Below are positions 18,946-34,830 of a DNA stretch of 64,000 nucleotides, piece by piece. This DNA is from the human T2T-CHM13v2.0 reference genome, Homo sapiens. The stretch lies in assembly GCF_009914755.1 (NCBI RefSeq), contig NC_060935.1. One strand, 5' to 3'. The translations under genes and the position numbers were made by a program. A model generated the notes under the pieces. It was not told the origin of the DNA. It saw only the letters and a program-made list of their open reading frames with translations, and searched no databases. Positions within the stretch are counted from its first letter, which is position 1; each line of letters opens with the position of its first letter.

Positions 18946-19212
18946 AACCTGGTCATGTTCATGAGCGACTTTGTGGACTGGGTCATCCCGGACATCCCCA
19001 AGGACATCAGCCAGCAGATCCACAAGGAGAAGGTGCTCATGGTGGAGCTGTTCATGCGGGAGGAGCAAGACAAGCAGCAGCTGCTGGAAACCTGGATGGA
19101 GAAGGAGCGGCAGAAGGACGAGCCGCCGTGCAACCACCACAACACCAAAGCCTGCCCAGACAGCCTCGGCAGCCCAGCCCCCAGCCATGCCTACCACGGG
19201 GGCGTCCTGTAG
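18946..19212 (+). CDS. ANO1: Anoctamin-1 last coding exon to stop
   Basis: Acceptor ctctccttccag|. Translates [40 protein letters not shown]...HAYHGGVL, then TAG at 19210-19212. Confidence 0.97.
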   Translation, partial: NLVMFMSDFVDWVIPDIPKDISQQIHKEKVLMVELFMREEQDKQQLLETWMEKERQKDEPPCNHHNTKACPDSLGSPAPSHAYHGGVL

Positions 19213-20754
19213 CTATGCCAGCGGGGCTGGGCAGGCCAGCCGGGCATCCTGACCGATGGGCACCCTCTCCCAGGGCAGGCGGCTTCCCGCTCCCACCAGG
19301 GCCCGGTGGGTCCTGGGTTTTCTGCAAACATGGAGGACCACTTTCTGATAGGACATTTTCCTTTCTTCTTTCTGTTTTCTTTCCCTTGTTTTTGCACAAA
19401 GCCATTATGCAGGGAATATTTTTTAATCTGTAGTATTCAAGATGAATCAAAATGATGGCTGGTAATACGGCAATAAGGTAGCAAAGGCAGGTGCTTTGCA
19501 GAAAGAATGCTTGGAAACTTGAGTCTCCCTAGAGGTGAAAAGTGAGCAGAGGCCCCTAGAAACCCTCCTCTGAATCCTCCTAATTCCTTAAGATAGATGC
19601 AAAATGGTAAGCCGAGGCATCGCGCAAAAGCTGGTGCGATGCTTCAGGGAAAATGGAAAACCCACGCAAGAATAATGATTGATTCCGGTTCCAAAAGGTG
19701 TCACCTACCTGTTTCAGAAAAGTTAGACTTTCCATCGCCTTTTCCTTCCATCAGTTGAGTGGCTGAGAGAGAAGTGCCTCATCCCTGAGCCACACAGGGG
19801 GCGTGGGAGCATCCCAGTTATCCCTGGAAAGCTAGAAGGGGACAGAGGTGTCCCTGATTAAGCAGGAAACAGCACCCTTGGCGTCCCCAGCAGGCTCCCC
19901 ACTGTCAGCCACACACCTGCCCCCATCACACCAAGCCGACCTCAGAGTTGTTCATCTTCCTTATGGGACAAAACCGGTTGACCAGAAAATGGGCAGAGAG
20001 AGATGACCTCGGAAGCATTTCCACAGATGGTGTCAGGGTTTCAAGAAGTCTTAGGGCTTCCAGGGGTCCCCTGGAAGCTTTAGAATATTTATGGGTTTTT
20101 TTTTCAAATATCAATTATATGGTAGATTGAGGATTTTTTTTCTGTAGCTCAAAGGTGGAGGGAGTTTATTAGTTAACCAAATATCGTTGAGAGGAATTTA
20201 AAATACTGTTACTACCAAAGATTTTTATTAATAAAGGCTTATATTTTGGTAACACTTCTCTATATTTTTACTCACAGGAATGTCACTGTTGGACAATTAT
20301 TTTAAAAGTGTATAAAACCAAGTCTCATAAATGATATGAGTGATCTAAATTTGCAGCAATGATACTAAACAACTCTCTGAAATTTCTCAAGCACCAAGAG
20401 AAACATCATTTTAGCAAAGGCCAGGAGGAAAAATAGAAATAAATTTGTCTTGAAGATCTCATTGATGTGATGTTACATTCCCTTTAATCTGCCAACTGTG
20501 GTCAAAGTTCATAGGTGTCGTACATTTCCATTATTTGCTAAAATCATGCAATCTGATGCTTCTCTTTTCTCTTGTACAGTAAGTAGTTTGAAGTGGGTTT
20601 TGTATATAAATACTGTATTAAAAATTAGGCAATTACCAAAAATCCTTTTATGGAAACCATTTTTTTAAAAAGTGAATGTACACAAATCCACAGAGGACTG
20701 TGGCTGGACATTCATCTAAATAAATTTGAATATACGACACTTTTCTCACTTGAA
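19213..20754 (+). other. ANO1: ANO1 3' UTR (3' end approximate)
   Basis: Sequence after the stop free of recognisable interspersed repeats, AT-rich distally, with several poly(A) hexamers. The end is inferred about 30 nt past the last AATAAA. Confidence 0.8.
20719..20724 (+). terminator. Distal ANO1 poly(A) signal AATAAA
   Basis: AATAAA with an upstream TGTA (20677) and GT-rich sequence downstream. Other hexamers: AATAAA 20230-20235 and 20438-20443, ATTAAA 20617-20622. Confidence 0.75.
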
Positions 20755-20899
20755 TGCTGTCTGCCTGACGTCTGCCTGGGAAACTCACAGGCCGTCCCCA
20801 GAGTCCAGTGACCCTGCAAACTCAGCACTGACGGACAGGCATCTCTTTCCTTTGGTGCCGGCCTGCGCATGGCTCTAAATGTTCTTGGGACTTCATCTT

Positions 20900-21214
20900 T
20901 CTGTACGTGTGTGCATTTGTGCATGCACATGTGTGTGCCTATTCATTTGCATGTGTTTTGCATGCATCATGTGCACGCATGTTCGCATTTGCTTGTGTGC
21001 ATGTGCCTGTGTCTTTACATGTTTGTGTACATCACGTGTGTATGTATGCATTTGTATTTGCTTGTATTTGCATATGGGTGCAGGTGTGTGTGCATGTGGA
21101 CACGTGTGCATATATGCATGTGTGTGTATATGTCTATGTGTGCATGCACGTGTGTATACAGTGCGTGTGTGTACTTGTGAATGCCTGTGTTTATGTGTTT
21201 GCATGGTTTGTGTA
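20900..21214 (+). repeat. Degenerate (TG/CATG)n alternating purine-pyrimidine tract
   Basis: tgtgtgcatttgtgcatgcacatgtgtgtg... Confidence 0.85.
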
Positions 21215-21916
<702 letters not shown>

Positions 21917-21959
21917 GTGTGCATCACCCCAGGGTTCACACACGTGTTTGCCTTTGCCT

Positions 21960-22509
21960 GTGTTTGTATATGCATATGTGCTGTGTGTGTGCATATGTGC
22001 CGGTGTGTGTGCATATGTGCTGGTGTGTGTGCATATGTGCTGTGTGTGCATATGTGCTGTGTGTGTGTGCATATGTGCTGGTGTGTGTGCATATATGCTG
22101 TGTGTGCGCATATGTGCTGGTGTGTGTGTGCATGTGTGCTGTGTGTATGCATATGTGCTGTGTGTGCATGTGTGCTGGCGTGTGTGTGTGCATGTGTGCT
22201 GGTGTGTGTGTGCATATGTGCTGGTGTGTGTGTGCATGTGTGCTGGTGTGTGTGTATATGTGCTGATATGTGTGCATATATGCTAGTGTGTGTGCATATG
22301 TGCTGGTGTGTGTGTGTGCATGTGTGCTGGTGTGTGCATATATGCTAGTGTGTGTATGCATGTGTGCTTGTGTGTGTGCATATGTGCTGGTGTGTGTGTG
22401 CATATGTGCTGGTGTGTGTGCATATATGCTAGTGTGTGTGTGCGTGTGTGCATATGTACTGGTGTCTGAGTGTGCTTGTGTGTATGCACAGATGTACCAC
22501 ATATTCCTC

Positions 22510-22545
<36 letters not shown>
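21960..22545 (+). repeat. TG-rich minisatellite (~18-24 bp unit) ending in pure (TG)n
   Basis: Unit gcatatgtgctggtgtgtgt(gt), repeated with variants. Pure (TG)n at about 22516-22543. Confidence 0.9.
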
Positions 22546-22548
<3 letters not shown>

Positions 22549-23278
22549 TGGGATGGGGGATTGTGGTCACACTTTCTAGCAGGCTCTTCCAAGAATCCCA
22601 TATCTCGACCTCTGATCCCACAACCCAACAGACTAGTATTTAGGGTTTCATGGACCCCAAATTTCTTCAAAACGTTTTGGGACTGACCTTGGGTTGTCAA
22701 TGTTTTCATTTGGGCAAGTGGGGACATTTTTTTAGAACCATCACCTATAATCACTATCACTTCATAAAAGAACGTATATTTTTAACAGCGTCAGCAAAGC
22801 AGTATGGCGCTTCGGGCTGGGGACAGTGTCCTTGTGCGGCCCTCGGCGTCGGCCACCTTCCCTTCACCGCCAGGACAAGGCAGGGCCTCTTTCGACCTGT
22901 GGCAGGCCTCGGGCGCCCCCTTGTGCTGGCTCTCCTCAGCACAGCGCCTTGCCACCTTGGTCAGGCGCATCCTCCTAAAGCTTGGGCCCCACATTCTCGA
23001 TCCTGTAGGGAGGGCCCAAGGAGAACGGCACCCACTTTCTCAATCCTGTAGGGAGGGCTCAGGGAGAACGGCACCCAGGATTGGCATCGCGGGAACCCCT
23101 TCCCTCTGCCCTCCTGTCTCCATGGGTCCTCCCAGAGCCTGGGAGGGCACAGGTGGGGACCTTCAGCCACATCTGATAGATGAGGAAACAGGCTCTTGAC
23201 CAAGATCTCAGGGCGCTTTAATGCCAAGTCTGAAGGCCAGACCTCATAAACATGTATGGAACATTCAAGAAACATTTA

Positions 23279-23623
<345 letters not shown>

Positions 23624-23724
23624 TCACGCCTGTAATTCTAGCACTTTGGGAGGCCGAGGTGGATGACTTGAGGCCAGGAGTTCAAGACCAGCCTGGCCAA
23701 CAGAGTGAAACCCAGTCTCTAAGT

Positions 23725-23777
<53 letters not shown>

Positions 23778-25214
23778 CAAAAAAAAAATGAACTCCCACT
23801 GTGTGTCAGGCACTAGGACGAGAAGGGTGAAGAACAAGGACACAGCCCCTTCCCTCCCACATGACATTCTCACAAAGGAAGTCCAATGCTGAACCAGAAA
23901 ATCAACCGTGGAACCAGACAACTTCAGAAAAGGGAGCGCTGATGAAAATCCAGCAGGGAGTGTGACTGACTGAGGGTGAGTGACTACACTGCGCAGGGAG
24001 GCCCCTTGGGACTTGAGCAACAAGGAGCCAGAAACACACAACAGTCGGTGCACAGGCCAAGGCAGCAGCTGCTGGACGAGCTCCAGGAGCAGAGGGGCAG
24101 GGAGGTGACAGGAGACGCAGGAGAGGTGGCTAGAGACGACTCATGCAGGGCTCCGGCTGAGTGAAGACTTTGAACTTGGTGGTAGGTGCCATGGGCAGGG
24201 CTGGGCAGTGTCTATGAGGGCAGTGATGGGATCTGACTTATGTTTGGGGTCATGGCTGCTGTAGGGTGGAAACTGCAGCCAGTGCCGCTATTATACAGAT
24301 GGGCACAGGAGGCTCAGAGAGGCTCAGGGCTCCACTGCAGCCATCCACAAGCTGGCAGCACATCACCCCTTGGACCCAGGAGCCTGGCACAAAAAGTCTT
24401 CTACTACTGGTCCCTAGAGTAGTGTGGCTGGGGGCAGGGTTGGGGGCGAGCCCAGCGGGCCCTGAGGTCTGAGGGCACCGGCTGCACCACCAGGCCTGGC
24501 AATGACACACTGGTGGCCGGCCATGCAGGTTCCGCTGCTCTCCTCTGAGGGTGGAGGTGGACCATGAATAGCATCAAGCCCAAGACAACCTCTGTTCGGT
24601 AGGTTCAGCACATGTTAACTTTTGAAGTTAATTTAATATATGAAAACCAGGCATTTAAAGTCCACGTTTGCATGTTCTGCTGAGAAATCACACCTTCTGC
24701 TGCACAGCCCCACGTTCGCCAGGTCTCATGCTCACATTCGACTGCAGCCCGGTGGGGCCTGCCCTTCCCGAGTCTCCTCACCCTCCCAAACATGCCTGCC
24801 CACTGGCTATGGGGGCAGCTGAGGCTGGGGCCTCCCTAGACAAGCCTCAGACCAAGGTCCCTGTCTGTGGATCTGGAACCAGCAGTGGGATTGAGAGCTT
24901 GGCCAAAGTGTGTGCTTGAAGCAGGGCTGTCTCCACCCCAAGGCTGGACTCAGAGCCCTGCCCAAAGCACTCACATCACCAAATCCTACACACTCATCTT
25001 CAGGCCCCCAGGAGTCATTTGTGTGCCCCTGACCCCAGGTGATATGTGTCCTCACATGTCAGGCAACATTTACCTGCCCATGTTTTGTAAGAGCCACAGC
25101 AAAGAACATAAATGCTAACACTTACCAGAAAACAGGCCAGAAGGAAGTACTGGCACAGTGCCAGGCACAGAGGAGGCACCAGAAAGTGCTGAATTAATGA
25201 ATAAGCAAGCGAGG

Positions 25215-26300
25215 ATTAGATGGATAGATGGATGGGGGATAGACGGATGAACGTTTGGGTGGTGGACAGATGGATGGATGGATGGAAGCATGGATGGATG
25301 GATAGATTGATGGATGGATGTGTGGGTGGATGGATGGATGGATGGATGGATGGTGGATGGGTGGATGGATAAATGTGTGGATGGATGGATGGATATGTGG
25401 ATGGATGGATGGTGGATGAATGGATGGATGGATGGATGGATGGATGGATGGATGGATTGGGTGAATGAATGGATGTGTGGATGGATGGATGGATTGGGTG
25501 AATGAATGGATGTGTGGATGGATGGATGGATGGATGGATGGATGGATTGGGTGAATGAATGGATGTGTGGATGGATGGATGGATTGGGTGAATGAATGGA
25601 TGTGTGGATGGATGGATGGATGGATGGATGGTGGATGGTTGGATGGATGTGTGGATGGATTGGGTGGATGGATGTGTAAGTGGATGGATGGATTGGGTGG
25701 ACGGATGGATGGACTGGGTGAATGGATGGATGGATGGTGGATGAGTGAATGTGTGGGTGAATGGATGCATTGATTGAATGGATGTGTGAATGGATGAAGG
25801 GATCGAGTGGATGGATGTGTGAATGGATGGATGGATGGTGGATGAGTGAGTGGATGTGTGGGTGAATGGATGCATTGATTGGGTGGATGGATGGATGGAT
25901 GTGTGGATGGATGGTAGATGGGTGGGTAGATGGTAGATGGATGGTGGATGGATAGATGAATGGATAGAAGGATGGATGGATGTGTGGATGGATGGATAGA
26001 TGGATGGATGGATGCTGGATGAATGGATGGATGGATGGTGGATGGGTGGATGGATGTGTGGACGGATGAATGGGTGAAAGGATGGATGTATGGATGGATG
26101 TGTGGATGGATGGATAGATGTGTGGATGGATGGGTGGAAGGATGAATGGATGGGTAGATGGGTGATAGATGGATGGATGGATAGGTGGATGGACGGATGG
26201 ATAGATAGATAGGTGGATGGATGGATGGATGGGTGGGTGGATGGATGGATGGATGGGTGGATGGATGGATGGATAGATGCATGTATGGGTGGATGGATGG
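25215..26300 (+). repeat. (TGGA)n complex simple repeat, ~1.1 kb
   Basis: tggatggatgga with tgaa, tggg and tgtg variants. Confidence 0.95.
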
Positions 26301-27351
26301 AAAATAGACTGACAATTGGGTCTTTTTGCCTTTGAGATGAATGGGCCTCAGGATCAAGTTAGCAGGAGTGTTGGTGGAGGAGGTAAGGGGGTAGTGGAAG
26401 GTAAATCTGATGCCTTCTGACCTGAAGACATGCTCACAGCAAGCAGTTCACCCCCACTCACTCACACAGCCTTGGCAGAAGAGCAAAAGGCAAAGAGACA
26501 GCTTATGCCTGGAGACATGGGACCAGCCCAGGCATTTTCATCTGGCTTCCTCAGATGGGATGGTGTCTGCTGCCCCTGCCAGAGCCTGCCCAGAATGCAG
26601 CCATGGGGCAAAGGCTCAGCAAACACCTCATTTCCTCAGCCCTGCCAAGTCATGTATTTACTATTGTCCATTTCCCTTCCCTTCTCCCCCTCTTCCTCAC
26701 ACAATTTTCATTAAAGTAAAACATAGAGAAAATTGCACAAAAGTGTACAGTCAAGCAACTTCCACAAAAAAATACACACTTTTGGGGCTGGGCACAGTGG
26801 CTCACGCCTGTAACCCCAGCACTTTGGGAGGCTGAGGTGAGAGGAGTGCAGTGGTGCAACCTTGAGTTCAAGAGTTTGAGACCAACCTGGGCAACATGGC
26901 AAGACCCTGTCTCTACAAAAAATAAATTTTTTTTTTAAAAAAGCTAAAAATTAGTCAGGTGTTGTGGCATGCACCTGTAGTCCCAGCTACTTGGGAGGCT
27001 GAGGTGGGAGGATGGCTTGAGCCTGAGAGATCAAGGCTGCAGTGAGCCGTGATTATGTCACTGTACCCCAACCTGGGCAACAGAGAATTTGTCTCCAAAA
27101 ACAAAAACAAAATCCCACTTCTGTAGCCAGGACTCAGACACTGAATGAGCACGTCCTAAATATTCCCTCAAACTCCCTTCTCACAGTGGCTGTAGCCACT
27201 ACCCGGACCTGGTTCCAACCTCGGCAGCAGAAATTCTTTCTCCTGCTTTTGCTTGTTGGTGGCTGCTGCCCTCTTCTGGCTGCCTGCAGGAGCTGCACTC
27301 ACGGAAGGGAAAGGCCCCGCACCTGGCACCTACCTTAGTGTTGTTGTGTAG

Positions 27352-27612
<261 letters not shown>

Positions 27613-27686
27613 TGATCCGCCCGCCTCGGCCTCCCAAAGTGCCGGGATTACAGGCGTGAGCCACTGCACCCGGCCTTAGTTTTCTA

Positions 27687-27727
27687 TTAGGTTGGTGCAA
27701 AACCACGATTAGTTTGCACCAACCTAA
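27687..27727. mobile_element. Internally deleted MADE1 (Hsmar1-derived MITE)
   Basis: Perfect 15-bp inverted repeats ttaggttggtgcaaa / tttgcaccaacctaa, with TA on the left flank. Confidence 0.85.
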
Positions 27728-28084
27728 AATATTTGCTGTGGTGGCAAATGACCACCAACTCTGCGGCCCAAAACAACACGAATTTATTCTGTTACTACAG
27801 GTCAGGTTTCTGGCACAGGCCTCACTAGGCTAAAATCGACGTGCCTGCACAGCTGGCTCCCTCTGGAAGCTCCGGGGGAGGTCCGTGCCTTCTCCAGCAT
27901 CCAGAGGCCCTTGTCTTCCCGTCTGTGACCCCTTCCTGGCCACGTCTTCGTGCTGCCTCTTCTCTGGTTCTTCTTTTATGAGGCCTCATGATTAGACTGG
28001 GTCTGCAGGGATAAACCAAGAAAACCAAGACGATCTCCCCATCTCAAAGTTCTTAATCTTCATGGCTTTTTTTTTTTTTTTTGA

Positions 28085-28368
<284 letters not shown>

Positions 28369-28709
28369 TGACGAACATAGCTGCAGGTCTGCGCATCAGG
28401 GTGAGGGCCGGCAGGGATGTGGACATTTGGGGTATTCTGCCTACCACAGAGCCCTGCCCCTCAGGAAGCAGTCTCTTTTTTTGGAAAAAACACTACCCCC
28501 AAGGAGAGCCAAGGATGCCCACATATTTAGAATAGCCTTGGACATTAATGACATTATTCTAAATATGCCCACATATTTAGAATAGCCTTGGACATTAATG
28601 ACAAAGACCAAAATGGGCCAGGTGCAGTGGCTCACGCCTGTAATCCCAACACTTTGGGAGGCTGAGGCGGGTGGATCACGAGGTCAGGAGATCAAGACCA
28701 TTCTGGCTA

Positions 28710-28991
<282 letters not shown>

Positions 28992-28994
28992 TCA

Positions 28995-29381
<387 letters not shown>

Positions 29382-29470
29382 CTAATCAAGAAAAGGTCAT
29401 ATGGTGCTTTTTCAGCCTCCCTCACTGGCTTCCCCACATCTCCCAGCCCCTTAAAGGTGGACACCCCTAG

Positions 29471-29623
<153 letters not shown>

Positions 29624-30004
29624 TGAGACTACAGGCGTGTGGCACCACGCCCAGCTAATTTTTTAAATTTTTTGTAGAGATGAAGTCTTACTGCATTGCC
29701 CAGGCTGGTCTCAAACTCCTGAGCTCAAGTGATCCTCCCATCTTGGCATCCCAAAGTGCTGAGATTACAGGGGTGAGCCATTGAGCCCAGTTGGTCATCC
29801 AGTCACCTTTTCTATCCCTCTTCATAGGTGACTGCACTCTTTTGGTTTTTTCAACACAATCTATCTGCAGGCAACTCTCAAATTCACCTCTTCTCCCTGT
29901 CATCTCATGCCCCTCACTGACCAGTCAACATCTCCACCAAAACATCTAATAGGTATCTGTATTAGCTTTCTGTTGCTTATAGCAGAATACATGAAACTGA
30001 ATAA

Positions 30005-30238
<234 letters not shown>

Positions 30239-31095
30239 TGAGCTGGACTTGAACTCCTTAGCTCAAGCTATCCACCCTCCTTGGCCTCCCAAAGTGCTGG
30301 GATTACAGGTGTGAGTCCCTGCACCTGGCCCAGAAATTTCTTTCTTATAGTTATGGAGTCAGAGAAGTCCAAGGTCAAGGGTCCACTTTCGGGGAGGGTC
30401 TTCCTGCTGGCGGGGGCTCTCTGTGGAGTCTGCAGAGTTTTGAGGCGATGCAGGGTATCACGTGATGAGGGAGCTTAGTGTGATCCTCCCCCATAATAAC
30501 TCATCAGTCCATTAACCCATTAATGGAGGAGACAAACATTCAAACCATAGCAGCATCTCACACACACATCCCAAGCCAATCTCGGTCCTCCCTCAAGCCC
30601 ACCCCACCCGCACCTTCCCGGTTTCCATCAATGGATGGACCAGCCTTCAAAGTTTACAGGGTATCCTGCATTCTCTAGTTTATGCGCATCCCCAATCTAA
30701 AGAAGGCTGCCCTCTCTCACCACCTCCACTGCTACCTGCCCTCTGGTCTGAGTGCACTGCCTTTCATTCGGATTATTGTAGTCCCCTGGCTTCTAACCAG
30801 CAACCAGCGTGATCTTTAAAAATGTAACTCGAGGTATGAGAATCGCTTGAACCTGGGAGGCGGAGGTTGCAGTGAACTGAGATCTCGCCACTGCGCTCCA
30901 GCCTGGGTGACAGAATGAGACTCCATCTCAGAAAAAAAAAAAAAAAAAGAAAAAAAGAAAAAAAGCTGGGCACGCTGGCTCATACCTGTAATCCCAGAAC
31001 TTTGGGAGATCAAGGCAGGCAGATCACCTGAGGTCAGGAGTTCCAGACCAGCCTGGCCAATATGGTGAAACCGTGTCTCTGCTAAACATACACAA

Positions 31096-31721
<626 letters not shown>

Positions 31722-31860
31722 TCAAAAAAAAAATGTAACTCAAGACCAGACACGGTGGTCACACCTGAAATTCCAGCACTTTGAGAGGCTGAGGCTAGTG
31801 GATCACTTGAGCCCAGGAGCTCAAGACCAGCCTGGGGAATATGGCAAAATCCTGTTTCTA

Positions 31861-32259
<399 letters not shown>

Positions 32260-32667
32260 TCACTTGAGGCCAGGAGTTTGAGACCAGGCTGGCCAACATG
32301 GCAAAGCCCTGTCTCTACTAAAAATACAAAAATTAGCCTGGCATAGTGGCACACACCTACAATCCCAGCTAGTCAGGAGGCTAAGGCACAAGAAACGAGA
32401 GTCGCTTGAGCCCGGGAGGCAGAGGCTGCAATGAGCCGAGATTGTGCCACTGCACTCCAGCCTGGACAAAAGAGTGACACTCTGTCTCAAAGAAAAAAAA
32501 GGAATGAAGTACTCATATGTTCTACATCATGGATGAACCTTGAAAATGATGCTGAAAACAGCCAGACACAAAATGCCACATACTGTATGGTTCTGTACAC
32601 ATGGAATGTCCAGAATTGGCAAATCCATAGATTTTAAAAAGTAGATTCGGCAGGGCACAGTGGCTCA

Positions 32668-33002
<335 letters not shown>

Positions 33003-33589
33003 CTAATGGGTTTCTTCTTGGGGTGATGAAAATGTCCTAAAGTTAGACAGCAGTAAGGGTTGCACAACCTTGTGACTACACTAAAAACCACTGAAGTATA
33101 ACTTTAAAAGGGTGAATTGAATGGTATGTGAATTATATCTCAAGAAAACAAACTCAGCTGGCATCAGCCCCTGCCCCACCCTGTGGTAAAGCTGGGTCCT
33201 TGTTGGCTGGTGAGGGCTCTCCTAATCTGCACCCCCTCCTCACCTCCAGACCCACGGCATTGCTGCTCCTGGAACCCCAGCCGTCCCCTGTGCTCTGCTC
33301 TTCTGTTCTCCGTGTGCCCAGCTCTTCCCCCCACACCTAGGTACCCGGCCCCTCCCAGCCTTCACCTGCGCCTTTACAGAGGCCCCATCAGACCACCGGG
33401 CCCCCCACCCTCCACACGCCCACCCCGTGAAGAGACTCCCTTTCCCCTGGCTCTTCTGAATTTCTGGCATACTATACGATTTCCTTATTTTTCCTTATTT
33501 TTATTTTTTAATAGAGACGGGGTCTCACTATGTTACCCAGGCTGGTCTCGAACCCCTTGTCTCAATCAATCCTGCCTCAGCCTCCCAAA

Positions 33590-34830
33590 GTGCGGGCATT
33601 GCAGGCTGAGCCACCACGGCCGCCACGACCTTCTCTTCTGGAGCGTGTCGCTTTTGTAATTATGATGTAAACTCCGGGCACGCGGGGACCCTCGCGCTTC
33701 GCTCACTAATTTGTCCCCAGACCCTACTACCTGGCACAGTAGGCGCTCAATACTGTTGATTGAATAAACGACTGCTACTTTGGAAATCATGTATTATTTA
33801 AATCACATGTTTAAACGCACATAAACTTCTGAGTAGTGTTTTCTGCACACACAAGATGTCTCCAGGGGCACCAAAGAATGCATTTTCCACGTTTGTCCCT
33901 AAACGTTAATGCATAAGTAACCTTGGTCACCAACAGATGTGAGGGCACGTGACGTTCGGGCTGCGCCCTCCCCGCCCCGGCCCTGCACACAGTAGGGCCG
34001 CACCGCGCTTTGCAAACAGGTGGACTCGGCAGAGGCGCGACCGCCCTCACCGCAGAGAGCTGGGCCACCTGCAGGCTCTCAGGACACCCAAGGCCCCACC
34101 TCCCACCCGGAAAAGAGACGATACGCCGGGCGCAGGCGCAGAAGCCGCGCCCGTCCGCGGCGCCGCCAGCCAGGGCGGAAACGGCTGCGGCTTCGCTAGG
34201 GACGCATGCGCGGGTCCCTTAGTTTTCGCGAGATAACGGTCGAAAACGCGCTCTTGTCGATTTCCTGTAGTGAATCAGGCACCGGAGTGCAGGTTCGGGG
34301 GTGGAATCCTTGGGCCGCTGGGCAAGCGGCGAGACCTGGCCAGGGCCAGCGAGCCGAGGACAGAGGGCGCACGGAGGGCCGGGCCGCAGCCCCGGCCGCT
34401 TGCAGACCCCGCCATGGACCCGTTCCTGGTGCTGCTGCACTCGGTGTCGTCCAGCCTGTCGAGCAGCGAGCTGACCGAGCTCAAGTTCCTATGCCTCGGG
34501 CGCGTGGGCAAGCGCAAGCTGGAGCGCGTGCAGAGCGGCCTAGACCTCTTCTCCATGCTGCTGGAGCAGAACGACCTGGAGCCCGGGCACACCGAGCTCC
34601 TGCGCGAGCTGCTCGCCTCCCTGCGGCGCCACGACCTGCTGCGGCGCGTCGACGACTTCGAGGCGGGGGCGGCGGCCGGGGCCGCGCCTGGGGAAGAAGG
34701 TGGGCGCGGGGCCGGGCCGGGGGAGCCAGGGCCTGGTCGCCCGGCTGTAGGTGCTGCGAGGCTCCTCCGGTTGGCCTCCAGGCGCCTCCCCTTTGCCGGG
34801 TTTGATTTGCGTGGGTTTTCTCCGTACAGC
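33590..34830. promoter_or_regulatory. FADD CpG-island promoter
   Basis: Dense CpG, no obvious TATA. E-box CACGTG 33946-33951 overlaps TGACGT; GC box near 33970; ETS-like CCGGAA 34107; NRF1-like GCGCAGGCGCA 34130-34140; CGCG/E2F-like TTTCGCGAGA 34224-34233. Confidence 0.88.
34414..34699 (+). CDS. FADD: FADD exon 1 coding part (death effector domain)
   Basis: Kozak gccATGG. Translates MDPFLVLLHSVSSSLSSSELTELKFLCLGRVGKRKLERVQSGLDLFSMLLEQNDLEPGHTELLRELLASLRRHDLLRRVDDFEAGAAAGAAPGEE, including the RxDL motif. Donor G|gtgggc. Confidence 0.99.

Noticed and set aside
18832-19212. In-frame ATG upstream of the last ANO1 exon (126-aa ORF)
   Set aside because: It is intronic and upstream of a clear acceptor, with no sign of an internal promoter.
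18705-19450. Antisense ORFs over the last ANO1 exon
   Set aside because: They are shadow frames of GC3-rich coding sequence. An antisense RNA cannot be supported from sequence alone.
25194-26357. 387-aa His/Pro/Ser/Ile-rich ORF, the longest in the track
   Set aside because: It is the translation of the (TCCA)n strand of a simple repeat, which is stop-free by composition.
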